A DNA stretch of 64,000 nucleotides from Candidatus Multivorans sp. (GTDB lineage: Bacteria > Acidobacteriota > Thermoanaerobaculia > Multivoradales > Multivoraceae), in contig OZ251997.1 in NCBI GenBank assembly GCA_965247095.1, positions 4,512,001 through 4,576,000 of the forward strand. Reading direction: 5' to 3'. The translations under genes were made by a program, and so were the position numbers. The notes under the pieces were generated by a model. That model did no database searches and had not been told where the DNA came from. It saw only the letters and a program-made list of their open reading frames with translations. This document shows positions 1 to 12,074 of this stretch, piece by piece. Numbering within the stretch: the stretch's first letter is position 1; the number at the start of each line of letters is the position of its first letter.

Positions 1-479
1 GCGCCCCGGCCGCTTCGCTCGCCGACGTGATCGCCTTCAACGAGGCGAACGCGGAGCGCGAGATGCCCTTCTTCGGCCAGGAGATCCTGATCGAGGCGGA
101 AGGCAAGGGTCCGCTCACCGAGGCCGCCTACCAGGCGGCGCGCGGCACGGCGAACCGGCTGTCCCGCGACGAGGGGCTCGACGCGGCGCTGGCGGAGCAC
201 CGACTCGACGCCATCCTGGGACCGAGCGGCGGTCCGGCCTGGGTGACCGACCTGGTTCACGGCGACCACTTTTCGGTCGGCAGCTCGGGCGCGGCGGCTG
301 TCGCGGGCTACCCGAACGTCACCGTGCCGGCCGGAACCGTCCACGGCCTGCCGGTAGGTGTCTCCTTCTTCGGGGCCGCGTGGAGCGAGCCGACGCTGAT
401 CCGCATCGCCTGGGCGTTCGAGCAGGCGGCGCCGCACCGGCAGCCGCCGCGGTTCCGCGCCCGCGTCGACGCTGACTGA
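1..479 (+). CDS. Amidase-signature family protein, C-terminal part (5' end outside window)
   Basis: Frame is open from the window edge. C-terminal amidase motifs AAVAGYPNVTVP and GLPVGVSF..SEPTLIRIAWAFEQ are present. Confidence 0.85.
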   Translation, partial: APAASLADVIAFNEANAEREMPFFGQEILIEAEGKGPLTEAAYQAARGTANRLSRDEGLDAALAEHRLDAILGPSGGPAWVTDLVHGDHFSVGSSGAAAVAGYPNVTVPAGTVHGLPVGVSFFGAAWSEPTLIRIAWAFEQAAPHRQPPRFRARVDAD

Positions 480-484
480 GTCCG

Positions 485-1624
485 CTAGGCCTTCATCTCG
501 CGGAAGCACTTCCGCAGCTCGCCGACAAAGACGTCCGGGACCTCGAACGCCGCGAAGTGGCCGCCTTTCTCCAGGCGGTTCCAGTACACGAGGTTCCGAT
601 ACCGCTTCTCGGCCCAGCGCCGCGAGGCCCGGAAGATCTCCTTGGGGAAGATGCTGCAGCCGACCGGTATTTCGACCGGGTCGTTGCCGCCCTTGCCGAA
701 GCTCTCCCAGTAGATGCGTCCCGAGGAGGCGCCGCAGGCCGGCAGCCAGTACATCATCACGTTGTCGAGCAACTGGTCGCGCGTGAGTACGTCTTCCGGA
801 TGGCCGTCGTTGTCGGTCCAGGACCAGAACTTCTCGACGATCCACGCGGCCTGGCCGGCCGGCGAGTCCACAAGGCCGTAGCCCAGAGTCTGCGGTCTGG
901 TGGACTGCTGCTTCGAGTAGCCGGAGTCCCAGTCGCGGTAGTACTGGATGCCGGCCAGAGCATCCTTCTCGTTGTCGGTCAGGTCGTTCATCGTGCTCTG
1001 GTCGACGCCGACCGTCGGCATGTTCACGTGAATGCCGTGGCAGTGTTCATGGTCCTGGATCGCGATCGCCGTGCTGACGGCGGCGCCCCAGTCGCCACCC
1101 TGGGCGAAGTACCACTCGTAGCCGAGGCGCGCCATCAGCTCGGCCCAGGCGTCCGCGACCTTCTCGACGCTCCAGCCGGGCGACGTGGGCTTGTCCGAGA
1201 AGCCGAACCCGGGCAGGGCCGGTACCACCAGGTGGAACGCGTCCTCCGCCGAGCCGCCGTGCGCGGTCGGATCGAGCAGCGGACCTGTGACCTCGAGGAA
1301 CTCGACGATCGAGCCCGGCCAGCCGTGCGTGAGCACCAGCGGCGCGGCACCTGTGTGCCGGGAACGGAGATGGAGGAAATGGATGCCCACGCCGTCGATC
1401 TCGGTCTTGAACTGATCGAGGTCGTTCAGGCGGTTTTCCAGTCGCCGCCAGTCGTAGGAGGACGCCCAGTACTCGCAAAGCTCCTTCGTGTAGGCGAGTG
1501 GGATGCCCTGGGTCCAGTCGTTGACCGTCTCCCGTTCGGGCCAGCGCGTGGCGGCCAGCCGGCGGCGCAAATCGGCCAGTTGCTCGTCGTCGATTTCGAT
1601 GCGGTAGGGCGTGATGTCGGTCAT
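485..1624 (-). CDS. Epoxide hydrolase (microsomal EH-like alpha/beta hydrolase)
   Basis: N-terminal EHN-type segment (PYRIEIDDEQLADLRRRL), HGWP oxyanion motif, QGGDWG nucleophile, GGHFAAFE catalytic His. ATG chosen at 1624. Confidence 0.92.
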   Translation of the reverse strand: MTDITPYRIEIDDEQLADLRRRLAATRWPERETVNDWTQGIPLAYTKELCEYWASSYDWRRLENRLNDLDQFKTEIDGVGIHFLHLRSRHTGAAPLVLTHGWPGSIVEFLEVTGPLLDPTAHGGSAEDAFHLVVPALPGFGFSDKPTSPGWSVEKVADAWAELMARLGYEWYFAQGGDWGAAVSTAIAIQDHEHCHGIHVNMPTVGVDQSTMNDLTDNEKDALAGIQYYRDWDSGYSKQQSTRPQTLGYGLVDSPAGQAAWIVEKFWSWTDNDGHPEDVLTRDQLLDNVMMYWLPACGASSGRIYWESFGKGGNDPVEIPVGCSIFPKEIFRASRRWAEKRYRNLVYWNRLEKGGHFAAFEVPDVFVGELRKCFREMKA

Positions 1625-1657
1625 AGGGTGCGACGCTAGCACCTGGGGTTGGCGGCG

Positions 1658-2266
1658 CTAGAAGACCATCCGGATGCCGGCCGAGACGGTCTCGATATCG
1701 CCGGCGATCGACTCGATGCGGCCGACTGCCCTGAACCGGCCGAGGATCTGGACTTCGACGCCGACGCCGTAGATCAGATCCTCATCGTCCACGTCCACCA
1801 GGGTGACTTCGAGCTCGTCGGCCGCATCCTCCACGTTGGCGGCCCAGGACACGATGCCGAGTTTTGCGAATACCCGGATACGCCCCGTGATGTCGTAGTG
1901 GGGAACGATCGCGGCGGAGTAGGCGGTGATCTTGCCCTGGATCGCGATATCGGAGCACGAAACGCCTTCCGCGCAGGGTCGGATCGCCCCGTCGACCTTG
2001 GACAGGTCGTAGTAGCCCACCTCGACCGCCAGGAAGTCGTTGAACTTGTAACCGATGTCGTAGCTCAGCGAGTTCTCGTTGCCGTCGAGAACCTGGTCGA
2101 AGGCATCGGTCCTGTTGATGTCGATGCCCGCCAGGCCGAGGTGGAAGCCAACGTAGATCTCACGGTCGGCCGCTGCTGCCGGCGTCGCCGCGAGGGTGGC
2201 CAGCAGCAAGGCGATTGGTGTTGCCACGGGCAGGAAACGGAGCATCCAAGAGTGGCGTCTGGTCAT
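1658..2266 (-). CDS. Outer-membrane beta-barrel protein (OmpA-like/porin family)
   Basis: Signal peptide, IGYKFNDFLAVEVGYYDL strand motif, C-terminal Phe. Confidence 0.8.
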   Translation of the reverse strand: MTRRHSWMLRFLPVATPIALLLATLAATPAAAADREIYVGFHLGLAGIDINRTDAFDQVLDGNENSLSYDIGYKFNDFLAVEVGYYDLSKVDGAIRPCAEGVSCSDIAIQGKITAYSAAIVPHYDITGRIRVFAKLGIVSWAANVEDAADELEVTLVDVDDEDLIYGVGVEVQILGRFRAVGRIESIAGDIETVSAGIRMVF

Positions 2267-2352
2267 CGTGGCCTCCCGGGAGACGGCGGTTGAGTCGGCT
2301 TCGTAATCATACAGGAATAGCTATATGTCGGTACGATAGTGTCCGCGCACCC

Positions 2353-3054
2353 ATGAGCGATCCGGTCTGTCTCATCTCTGGCGTGGGTCCCGGAACGGGG
2401 GCTTCGCTGGCTCGTCGGTTTGCGGCCGGCGGCTACCGGGTGGCGATGCTCGCGCGCAACGGAGAGCGCCTGAAGGCGCTGGAGACCGAGATCGAGGGTT
2501 CGCGCGGTTACGTCTGCGACGTGTCCGACCCGGAGGCGGTGCGGACGACCGTGGCGCGGGTCGGCGGCGAGCTGGGCGCGCCAGGGGTGCTCGTCCACAA
2601 CGCCGTGGGCGGCGCCTTCGGCGACTTCATGGAGGTCGAACCGGAGCGCCTGCGCGCCAACTTCGAAGTCAACGTGATGGGCCTGCTCTACCTGGCGCGC
2701 GCTGTCGCCCCGGCGATGATCGAGGCCGGGCGCGGGGCGATCATGGTCACCGGCAACACGGCGGCGCGCCGCGGCATGCCGCGCTTTGCCGGGTTCGCGC
2801 CGACCAAGGCGGGGCAGCGCATCCTCGCCGAGTCGATGGCGCGGACCCTGGGGCCGCAGGGCATCCACGTCGCGTACTTCGTGATCGACGCGGTGATCGA
2901 CCTGGAGTGGACCCGGCGGCGAATGCCCGACCAGCCGGACGACTTCTTCATCCAGCCGGACGCGATCGCCGAGAACGTCTGGTATGTGGCGCACCAGGAC
3001 CCGTCCGCGTGGAGCTTCGATGTCGAGATGAGGCCGTACCGCGAGACTTGGTAG
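2353..3054 (+). CDS. Short-chain dehydrogenase/reductase
   Basis: SGVGPGTG Rossmann motif, HNA, atypical FAPTK active-site motif. Confidence 0.88.
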   Translation: MSDPVCLISGVGPGTGASLARRFAAGGYRVAMLARNGERLKALETEIEGSRGYVCDVSDPEAVRTTVARVGGELGAPGVLVHNAVGGAFGDFMEVEPERLRANFEVNVMGLLYLARAVAPAMIEAGRGAIMVTGNTAARRGMPRFAGFAPTKAGQRILAESMARTLGPQGIHVAYFVIDAVIDLEWTRRRMPDQPDDFFIQPDAIAENVWYVAHQDPSAWSFDVEMRPYRETW

Positions 3055-3104
3055 CGGCGCCCACGGGCCTCCGATCGGCTGCTCCCGCGTGGTAACTTCG
3101 CGGG

Positions 3105-4046
3105 ATGACGCGTTCCGTTCCAGCCCTCCTGATCGTCCTCCTGATCGCGCTCGGCGCCTTCGCCTGCGGCGAGACGGCGCCACCGGCGGCGGACGACACG
3201 GCCGAAGCGGATGCCATGCCTGCCGAGCCCGCCGAGTCTTCCGATCCGGAAGGGGCCGACCCGAACGACCCGGTCGCGCAGCGGGTCGAGCCGTTCCAGA
3301 TCTTCGACAACCTCTACTACGTCGGGATCGAGTGGGTCTCGTGCTACCTGCTGGTGACCACGGACGGTCTGATCCTGATCGACTCGCTCTACGGCGACCA
3401 CATCGATACCGCCATCGATGGCATCCGGAGCCTGGGCTACGACCCGGCGGACCTGAAGTACGTGCTGGCGACGCACGGCCACTTCGACCACGCCGGCGGC
3501 GCCGCCAGGTTCCAGGAGACGTACGGGGCACGGGTCGGCATGACCGAGGCGGACTGGCAACTGGCCGAAACGCCGCCGGGCAACCCCGACTACGAGATCG
3601 ACGTGCCGGTCCGCGACATGGTCATCGCCGACGGCGACACGCTCGAGCTGGGCGACACGGAGATCCGGTTCTACGTCACGCCCGGGCACACCGAGGGGGT
3701 TCTGTCGATGGAGTTCCCGGTGCGAGACGGCGGCGAGGAGCACCGCGCCTTCGTGTTCGGCGGCGTGGGGCTCAACTTCGAGGGTGTCCACCGCACGAAC
3801 CTCTACCTCGACAGCGTGGCCCGGGTTCAGCGGCTCGCCGCCGAGGAGGGCAACCCGATCGAAGTGAACATCACGAACCACGCTTCGATGGGGAGGATCT
3901 TCGAGCGCGCCGAGCAGTTGGCGTTGCGGGCCGACGGCGACCCCCACCCCTTCGTCGATCCCGCTGGGCACGCGGCCTGGCTCGCCGAGCTGCAGGAGAA
4001 CGCCGAGAAGAAGCTCGTCGTCGAGCGGGAATTAGCAGGCGAGTAG
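3105..4046 (+). CDS. Metallo-beta-lactamase-fold lipoprotein (subclass B3-like)
   Basis: Lipobox GAFAC, THGHFDHAGG, TPGHT, PFQIFDNLYYVG. Confidence 0.85.
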   Translation: MTRSVPALLIVLLIALGAFACGETAPPAADDTAEADAMPAEPAESSDPEGADPNDPVAQRVEPFQIFDNLYYVGIEWVSCYLLVTTDGLILIDSLYGDHIDTAIDGIRSLGYDPADLKYVLATHGHFDHAGGAARFQETYGARVGMTEADWQLAETPPGNPDYEIDVPVRDMVIADGDTLELGDTEIRFYVTPGHTEGVLSMEFPVRDGGEEHRAFVFGGVGLNFEGVHRTNLYLDSVARVQRLAAEEGNPIEVNITNHASMGRIFERAEQLALRADGDPHPFVDPAGHAAWLAELQENAEKKLVVERELAGE

Positions 4047-4110
4047 GCGGGTAGGAAGGGCGGCGTTGTCGCATTGGTGCGGCACGGAATCCACGACGGG
4101 GCGCTAGATT

Positions 4111-4722
4111 GTGAAGAGCTTCGAGCTGATGCCGCGTTACGAGAACGCGGTGGCGGGGTTCGACCTGTTTCACCGGGAAGATCCGGCGACGGAGACGGTG
4201 GACGGCGAACAGGCGCCGCGGGAGTTGGCCTACGCCCGGCGGATGGCGGCCTGGGTGACGCGGCTCGATCCGGATGCCGGCGAGATCCTGCTCCTTGCGG
4301 CGCACTGCCAGCATCTGCGCCGCTTCAAGATGCCGCGGACCGACTACCCGGCCGGGCGCGAGGGCTATCTCGCCTGGCGGCGGGCGGCGGCGCTGGAGCA
4401 CGCGCGGCTGGCCGGCGCCGTGCTGCGCGACGCCGGCTACCGGCGGGAGCAGATCGAGCGGGTACAGAACCTGGTGCTGAAGCGGGCGGGCCGAGGTTCG
4501 CGCCAAGAGGCGCAGACCCTGGAGGACGCGGCCTGCCTGGTGTTTCTGGAGCGCGACCTGGAGGGATTGGCGGGCCGGCTTGGCGCCGAGAAGACGGCGG
4601 AAGTGCTGGTCAGGACCTGGCCCAAGATGTCGGCCGCCGGCCGCGAAGCCGCCACGGGGTTGGAGTTGAAGCCGGAGCTCCAGGAACTAGTGGCCAGCGC
4701 GCAGCCGGTCAGCCCGACCTGA
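4111..4722 (+). CDS. DUF4202 domain protein
   Basis: ELAYARRM, LAAHCQHLRR, YPAGREGYLAWR and QTLEDAACLVFLE resemble DUF4202. Confidence 0.8.
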   Translation: MKSFELMPRYENAVAGFDLFHREDPATETVDGEQAPRELAYARRMAAWVTRLDPDAGEILLLAAHCQHLRRFKMPRTDYPAGREGYLAWRRAAALEHARLAGAVLRDAGYRREQIERVQNLVLKRAGRGSRQEAQTLEDAACLVFLERDLEGLAGRLGAEKTAEVLVRTWPKMSAAGREAATGLELKPELQELVASAQPVSPT

Positions 4723-5286
4723 AGGTCAGTTGCTCGCGGGCCTCGCCGATCCGCTCCACCTTGACCGGCGCAACTCCGTTGCCAACACCGGCTACCGCCA
4801 ATGCTCGTTCGAAGGCGGATTCGAGCACTGCGGACGTGTCTTCGTCTTGGGGGACCAAGCGGTCGTTGACGCGCAGTTCGAGCCGATGGCGGTCGAAGGC
4901 GACTCTGCCTTCGAGTTGGGGCTCGGTCTCGATCAGGTCGCACGCCCGGAACGCGCAGGCAAGCAGGGAGCGCAGGCGCTCGTCCAGTGAGCCGACGCCT
5001 TCCAGTTCTCGCGAGGTCTCGCGCCGGCGGCTGTAGAGGAGCCCCGGCTCGCCGCGGCTCTGGTCGTAGGCGTAGATCGCATCGTGGCCGACCAGCAGCA
5101 CTCCCGGTCCTTCGTGGACGTGGCTGTAGTCGGCGACGTCGATCAGCAGTTCGGGCAGGACCCGCTCGGAAATCCAGCGGTGGAAGACCGGGATGAACTC
5201 CTCGGGCGCCGCTTCCGGGTCGTCGCAGGCGAGCACCTTCAAGTCCAGTTTGATCAGGTCGTCCAGGACGGCTCCACGGGAGGCGC

Positions 5287-5290
<4 letters not shown>
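4709..5290 (-). CDS. Conserved hypothetical protein translationally coupled to the sulfite/nitrite reductase
   Basis: ATG at 5290 overlaps the reductase TGA (ATGA). The product looks globular: FIPVFHRWI..LLIDVADYSHVHEGPGVLLVGH. Confidence 0.7.
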
Positions 5291-7605
<2,315 letters not shown>

Positions 7606-7747
7606 CGATCGGTTCTCGCTTGGTCCTTCGGGAATCGGCTTTCCCACTCCGAGGCGCGGGGTGGGCGGGGCCGGCGTATTCGTGACCATAATGGTTACCT
7701 TAGTCATCATTCTACGCGTACCGGCGCCCAACGTTGCAACCGGCGGG

Positions 7748-8626
7748 CTACCTCAGATCCTGGAAGCGGACCGGCTTGGGGAAGTCGGCGGAGGCTGCGC
7801 GGATCTTCTCGCCGATCGCAGCCACGCTCCAGGGGGCCTGGTCGTTCGGCCGGCGGGCGACCTCGAGCGACTGCCAGGACAGAAGGAACACGGTGTTGCC
7901 GCCGACCGCGAAGATGCGGCCGGTGATGTCGGCGGCGTCGTCGGTGCAGAGCCAGACCACGGCGGGCGAAACCTTCTCCGGCGCCAGCGGATCGGCGGTC
8001 GCCTCGGGCATGATGTCCTCTGTCAGGCGCGACCAGGCGGCTGGCGCCAGCAGGTTCACGGTGACGCCGTACTTCGCGCCCTCGATCGCCAGGCAGCGCA
8101 TGAAGCCGGCCATGCCGGCCTTGGCGGCGCCGTAGTTCGTCTGGCCGAAGTTGCCGAGCAGGCCGGAAGTCGAACTGGTCATGATGATCCGTCCGCCCGA
8201 CTCCTGCTCGATCATCTGGTCGTACGCGGCCTTCGTCACCAGATAGGTGCCGCGGAGGTGGACGTCGAGGACGATGTCCCACATCTCGTCGGTCATGTTC
8301 TTGAACGACTTGTCGCGCAGGATGCCGGCGTTGTTGATCGCGATGTCCAGCTTGCCGAACTCAGAGGCGGCGCGCTGCACCATTGCCCTGGCGGCGTCGC
8401 TGTCGGAGACCGAACCGTAGTCGGCTACGGCCTGACCGCCGGCGTCGCGGATCTCGGCTGCAACCTGGTCGGCCATCGCTGTGCCGGCGCCCGTGCCGTC
8501 CCTGGCGCCGCCGAGATCGTTGACGACGACCGCCGCGCCTTCCTGCGCCAGGAGCAGCGCGTGGGTGCGGCCCAGACCGCCGCCCGCGCCTGTAACGAGT
8601 GCGACCTTTCCGTCGAGCAGACCCAT
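7748..8626 (-). CDS. SDR family oxidoreductase (MFE-2/3-hydroxyacyl-CoA dehydrogenase-like)
   Basis: TGAGGGLG, VVVNDLG, NNAGILRD, GQTNYGAAK. Confidence 0.9.
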   Translation of the reverse strand: MGLLDGKVALVTGAGGGLGRTHALLLAQEGAAVVVNDLGGARDGTGAGTAMADQVAAEIRDAGGQAVADYGSVSDSDAARAMVQRAASEFGKLDIAINNAGILRDKSFKNMTDEMWDIVLDVHLRGTYLVTKAAYDQMIEQESGGRIIMTSSTSGLLGNFGQTNYGAAKAGMAGFMRCLAIEGAKYGVTVNLLAPAAWSRLTEDIMPEATADPLAPEKVSPAVVWLCTDDAADITGRIFAVGGNTVFLLSWQSLEVARRPNDQAPWSVAAIGEKIRAASADFPKPVRFQDLR

Positions 8627-8751
8627 GGTGTCGATTCCCTCTCTCTGTCGTCTTGTCGTGTTCGTGGTGTTGGAGCGCGCGAAGTCTAGTAGAAGAGCTT
8701 CGTCCGTGCAGGGGTGTGTTTGTCGCTAGGCGTCCCGGCTCAAGTCCGGCC

Positions 8752-8861
8752 CTGGGAACCCGGGTGGCGCGATCCGCGCCACCCGCGAACCACTCCGTGC
8801 ATTCGTCATCGGGCGCACGGATGGCACGCGGGCATCTTGCCCGCATCGGCGCGAAGCGCCG
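8752..8861 (+). repeat. Composite multi-hairpin repeat element, copy 1 (intergenic)
   Basis: About 110 bp, near-identical to 54541-54651. Hairpins: CGGGTGGCGCG-ATC-CGCGCCACCCG, TCCGTGC..GCACGGA, GCGGGCA-TCT-TGCCCGC, GGCGC-GAA-GCGCC. Confidence 0.85.
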
Positions 8862-8884
8862 CTCTGCCCGTTAGAGTCCAGTCG

Positions 8885-9646
8885 ATGAGAGGCCCCGCGT
8901 TTGTCTGGCCCGATACGGCGTCAATGGCAGGGTCTCTTGTGTTGGCTACCGCGATAGGCGTTGCCGCCCAGGAGCCCCCCGAGCCCCACGCCGAACCCAG
9001 CGCCGCAATGCTCCTCCGCCAGGCCAGCCTCCACGAGTCCCGGGGCGACTACGAGGCAGCCATCGCCGGCTACGACCGGGCGATCGCGGCCGAGCCGCGC
9101 GACTGGCAGCTCTACCTGCTACGCGGCGCCGCCCGTTTCAAGGCGGGTCAGATCAACGCGTCGATCGAAGACTTCGACCGGGCTGTGACGCTCGATCCGT
9201 CGCAGGACCCGTACCTCTGGCAGCGGGGCGTCTCGTACTTCTATGCCGGCCGCTTCGCCGACTGCCGGGCCCAGTTCGAACGGCACCGCCTGGTCAATCC
9301 GAACGACGTGGAGAACGCCGTGTGGCACCTGCTCTGCGGCGCCGCCGAGGATGGCCTCGAGTCGGCACGGAAAGCGATGCTGCCGGTCGGTCCGGACGCG
9401 CGCCGGCCGATGAAGGAGATAGACGCCCTGTTTCGCGGCAAGGGCAGCGCCGGGGACGTCGAGACGGCGGCGCAGGAAGAAGGTCCGGGAGCGCGCTTCT
9501 ACGCCGATTTGTACCTCGGGCTGTACTACGAGTTGATCGGCGAGACGGAGAAGGCCGCCGCCAAGATCGAGCGCGCCGCCTCGCTACCGAACCGTGGCTA
9601 CATGGTCGAGGTCGCGCGGGTGCATCGTCGGCTGCGGTATCCGTGA
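8885..9646 (+). CDS. Tetratricopeptide repeat protein, probably exported
   Basis: TPR helices (GDYEAAIAGYDRAIAAEP; SIEDFDRAVTLDP; LWQRGVSYFY), NPNDVENAVW. The start could also be 8924. Confidence 0.8.
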   Translation: MRGPAFVWPDTASMAGSLVLATAIGVAAQEPPEPHAEPSAAMLLRQASLHESRGDYEAAIAGYDRAIAAEPRDWQLYLLRGAARFKAGQINASIEDFDRAVTLDPSQDPYLWQRGVSYFYAGRFADCRAQFERHRLVNPNDVENAVWHLLCGAAEDGLESARKAMLPVGPDARRPMKEIDALFRGKGSAGDVETAAQEEGPGARFYADLYLGLYYELIGETEKAAAKIERAASLPNRGYMVEVARVHRRLRYP

Positions 9647-9661
9647 GATCCTCACCACGGC

Positions 9662-10642
9662 TCAGTCGTCGGCGCGGCGCAGGAAGTCGCCCTCGTCCTG
9701 GCACTCGTAAGCGAGCTGGACCAGCGTGACTGCGTCTGCCGTTGGTCCGATCTCGGTGAGAAGAGCGTAGAGAGCCGGCGTAGCGGCCAGCCCACGGGCC
9801 GAGGAAACGCCGAGCACGGCGAGCCGGAGAGCCTCCCGCCGGCCTTCGGCGTGGCCTTCGGCGTGGCCTTCGGCACGGCCTTCGGCGCGCTCGCGACGCA
9901 GGAACAGGTCGTCGTCCGGGCCCGTTCCCTCCGACGCGCCCAAGGTGTCACCCACCCGGCGCAGCACGTCGACGGTCGAGAGAGACATATCGGCCTCGTT
10001 CAACGCCCGGTGGATTTCCTGCGCCGTCCAACCGGGGAAGGCGCGGCTGCTCGCTGCCTCCACATAGCGACCTTCCTCCAGGACGTGAATCGCGAGTCCG
10101 GACAACCGCGACTTCGGGCGGTAACGCCAATTTGCCTCGGGGACCTCTACCCACACCTCGGGAAAGCCCCAGGACTCGTAGATCCCGAGCTTCCTCCGGC
10201 GAACGTCAGTGCTGTAGTCCACCTCCAGGACCACATCGGGTAGCTCGTTGACGCCGTACTCGATATCGGGGCCGCAGGGCCGCGTTGCCCCGGGGCGGAG
10301 ATACACGATCTGGTCGGCCGCCATCGCCCGCCGGCGTTCGCCTTCCGGGTTGCGCACGACGAGAGCGGCAGCGCCGATCACGTCGATCGGCGAGCCCCGC
10401 CTCAGGGCGATCAGGTTCAGGAGGCGCGCGAGCCGCTGCGCCGAGTACTCGTGATAGGTGGTGGCCGGCTCGGCCACGATGGCGATCTCGTTGCGCGCAT
10501 CCCAGTACTCCAGGCGACCCTCGAAATCGTCGAGTTCGTCGGGCGGAACGTCAATGGCGCGGCAGCCCGGAAACTCCGCCGCGACCGGTGGAGGACCGTC
10601 GTCCGGCGGCGTCCAGGTTGCCTTGGAGATCGGTTCAGCCAT
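9662..10642 (-). CDS. Uma2-like PD-(D/E)xK nuclease with helical C-terminal tail (paralog 1)
   Basis: EP...HE, ADQ, PDVVLEVD, KLGIYESWGFPEVW. Closely similar to 26389-27354. Confidence 0.8.
   Translation of the reverse strand: MAEPISKATWTPPDDGPPPVAAEFPGCRAIDVPPDELDDFEGRLEYWDARNEIAIVAEPATTYHEYSAQRLARLLNLIALRRGSPIDVIGAAALVVRNPEGERRRAMAADQIVYLRPGATRPCGPDIEYGVNELPDVVLEVDYSTDVRRRKLGIYESWGFPEVWVEVPEANWRYRPKSRLSGLAIHVLEEGRYVEAASSRAFPGWTAQEIHRALNEADMSLSTVDVLRRVGDTLGASEGTGPDDDLFLRRERAEGRAEGHAEGHAEGRREALRLAVLGVSSARGLAATPALYALLTEIGPTADAVTLVQLAYECQDEGDFLRRADD
9841..9888. repeat. 12-bp tandem repeat x4 (GGCCTTCGGCRY) encoding AEGR/AEGH
   Basis: ggccttcggcgt ggccttcggcgt ggccttcggcac ggccttcggcgc. Confidence 0.9.
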
Positions 10643-10718
10643 GCACCGATTGTAGCCCGGTCGTGTTCGGGTAGGCCATCCGTCGATCGGCGAGCGCCGC
10701 TATCGCGCGACCTCCCCC

Positions 10719-12017
10719 CTATCGCCCTATCGCCCACAGGTGCCCGTCGGTGCGGATGTACCAGACACCGCCGACGAGGGCCGGGGAGGCGATTGTCCGT
10801 TCGCCGATCCGGTTGACGTGGAGCAGTTCGAAGTCCGGCCCTTCCTTGATCACGAAGGTCTCGCCGTTGTCGTTGGTGAAGAAGACCTTGCCGTCCAGCG
10901 CCACGGGCGCGGCGGAGAAGCCCTCGCGCATCCGTTCGCCCAGACGCTCCTGCCAGACGACTTCGCCGCTCTTTGCCTCGTAGACGGTGATCACGCTGGC
11001 CATGTCGTTGACCATGTAGAGGTAGTCGCCGACGAGCATCGGCGCGACGACGAAGGGGGAGCCCTTGGCCGCGGTCCAGACGATGCGGCTGTCCGTCACG
11101 TCGCCGTTGCCGCCGGGGCGGATCGCGAGAGTGGGCCCGGCGCGGCCCGAGGTGCTGAACAGCAGGTCGTGGCCGACGACGGGACTCGGGATGACCTCGA
11201 AGGTGGTGCCGCTCGCCCGCCACAGTTCGCGGCCGTCCGCCGGTGCGTAGGCGATCACGTGGTGCTGGCTGTTGACCACGATCTCGTCGCGCTCCTCGCC
11301 GTCGTCGGTGGTCACCGAGATCGCGGCCGGCGAACTCCAGCCGACCTGGGTCTCGCGTTCCGTGCGCCAGAGTTCCTCGCCCGTGCGTCGGTCGAAGGCG
11401 GCGATGAAGGAGGGGGCGCGCTGCTGTTCCTGGACGATGATCAGCCGTTCGCCGAGCAGGAGCGGCGACGAGGCGGTGCCGTGGAAGGCGTTCAGTTCGC
11501 CGAGGGACTTGTGCCAGACGATCTTGCCGTCCATGTCGATCGCGAGCACGCCGTGGTTGCCGAAGTAGGCGTAGACCCGCTCGCCGTCCGTGGTCGGAGT
11601 CGAGGAGGCGTGACCGTTCTTCCGGTAGGCGCGCTCGGGGTTGGCGTTCGGCGCCGCCGTCGTCCACAGCCGCTTCCCCGTCTCCCGGTCGAAGGCGAGC
11701 ACCGAGCGATTGGCGCCGGCCGCCTCGGCGGTGGTCAGGAAGATGCGGTTGCCCCAGACGATCGGCGACGAGTTGCCGTTGCCCGGCACGGCAACCTTCC
11801 AGCGGACGTTCTCCTCCGGACCCCAGCGGTCGACGTAGCCGGCGCCTGCGACATCGCCCTGACCGCTCGGTCCGCGCCAGCGCGGCCAGGTGTCGGCGGG
11901 ATCGCCCACGGCGGGTGTCATCCTTGCGCGTTCGTTCGCCGCGGCGGCGCCGGGGGCGAACGCCGGCAGGAGCAAGGCGGTGGCGACGAGCAGACGAGAC
12001 GGCATCGTGAATCTCAT
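10719..12017 (-). CDS. PQQ-like beta-propeller repeat protein (BamB-like), exported
   Basis: Signal peptide, WPRWRGP, SSPIVWGNRIF, repeated GxxxW blades. Confidence 0.85.
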   Translation of the reverse strand: MRFTMPSRLLVATALLLPAFAPGAAAANERARMTPAVGDPADTWPRWRGPSGQGDVAGAGYVDRWGPEENVRWKVAVPGNGNSSPIVWGNRIFLTTAEAAGANRSVLAFDRETGKRLWTTAAPNANPERAYRKNGHASSTPTTDGERVYAYFGNHGVLAIDMDGKIVWHKSLGELNAFHGTASSPLLLGERLIIVQEQQRAPSFIAAFDRRTGEELWRTERETQVGWSSPAAISVTTDDGEERDEIVVNSQHHVIAYAPADGRELWRASGTTFEVIPSPVVGHDLLFSTSGRAGPTLAIRPGGNGDVTDSRIVWTAAKGSPFVVAPMLVGDYLYMVNDMASVITVYEAKSGEVVWQERLGERMREGFSAAPVALDGKVFFTNDNGETFVIKEGPDFELLHVNRIGERTIASPALVGGVWYIRTDGHLWAIGR

Positions 12018-12074
12018 GCGCAGAATGATAGAACTTCGCGGCTACCTGAATCCAAACTGAGGGACATTCCGAGA

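Noticed and set aside
3105-4046. Bona fide antibiotic-resistance genes (this MBL and the serine hydrolase at 58482)
   Set aside because: Fold motifs alone do not establish beta-lactam hydrolysis; both families are broad.
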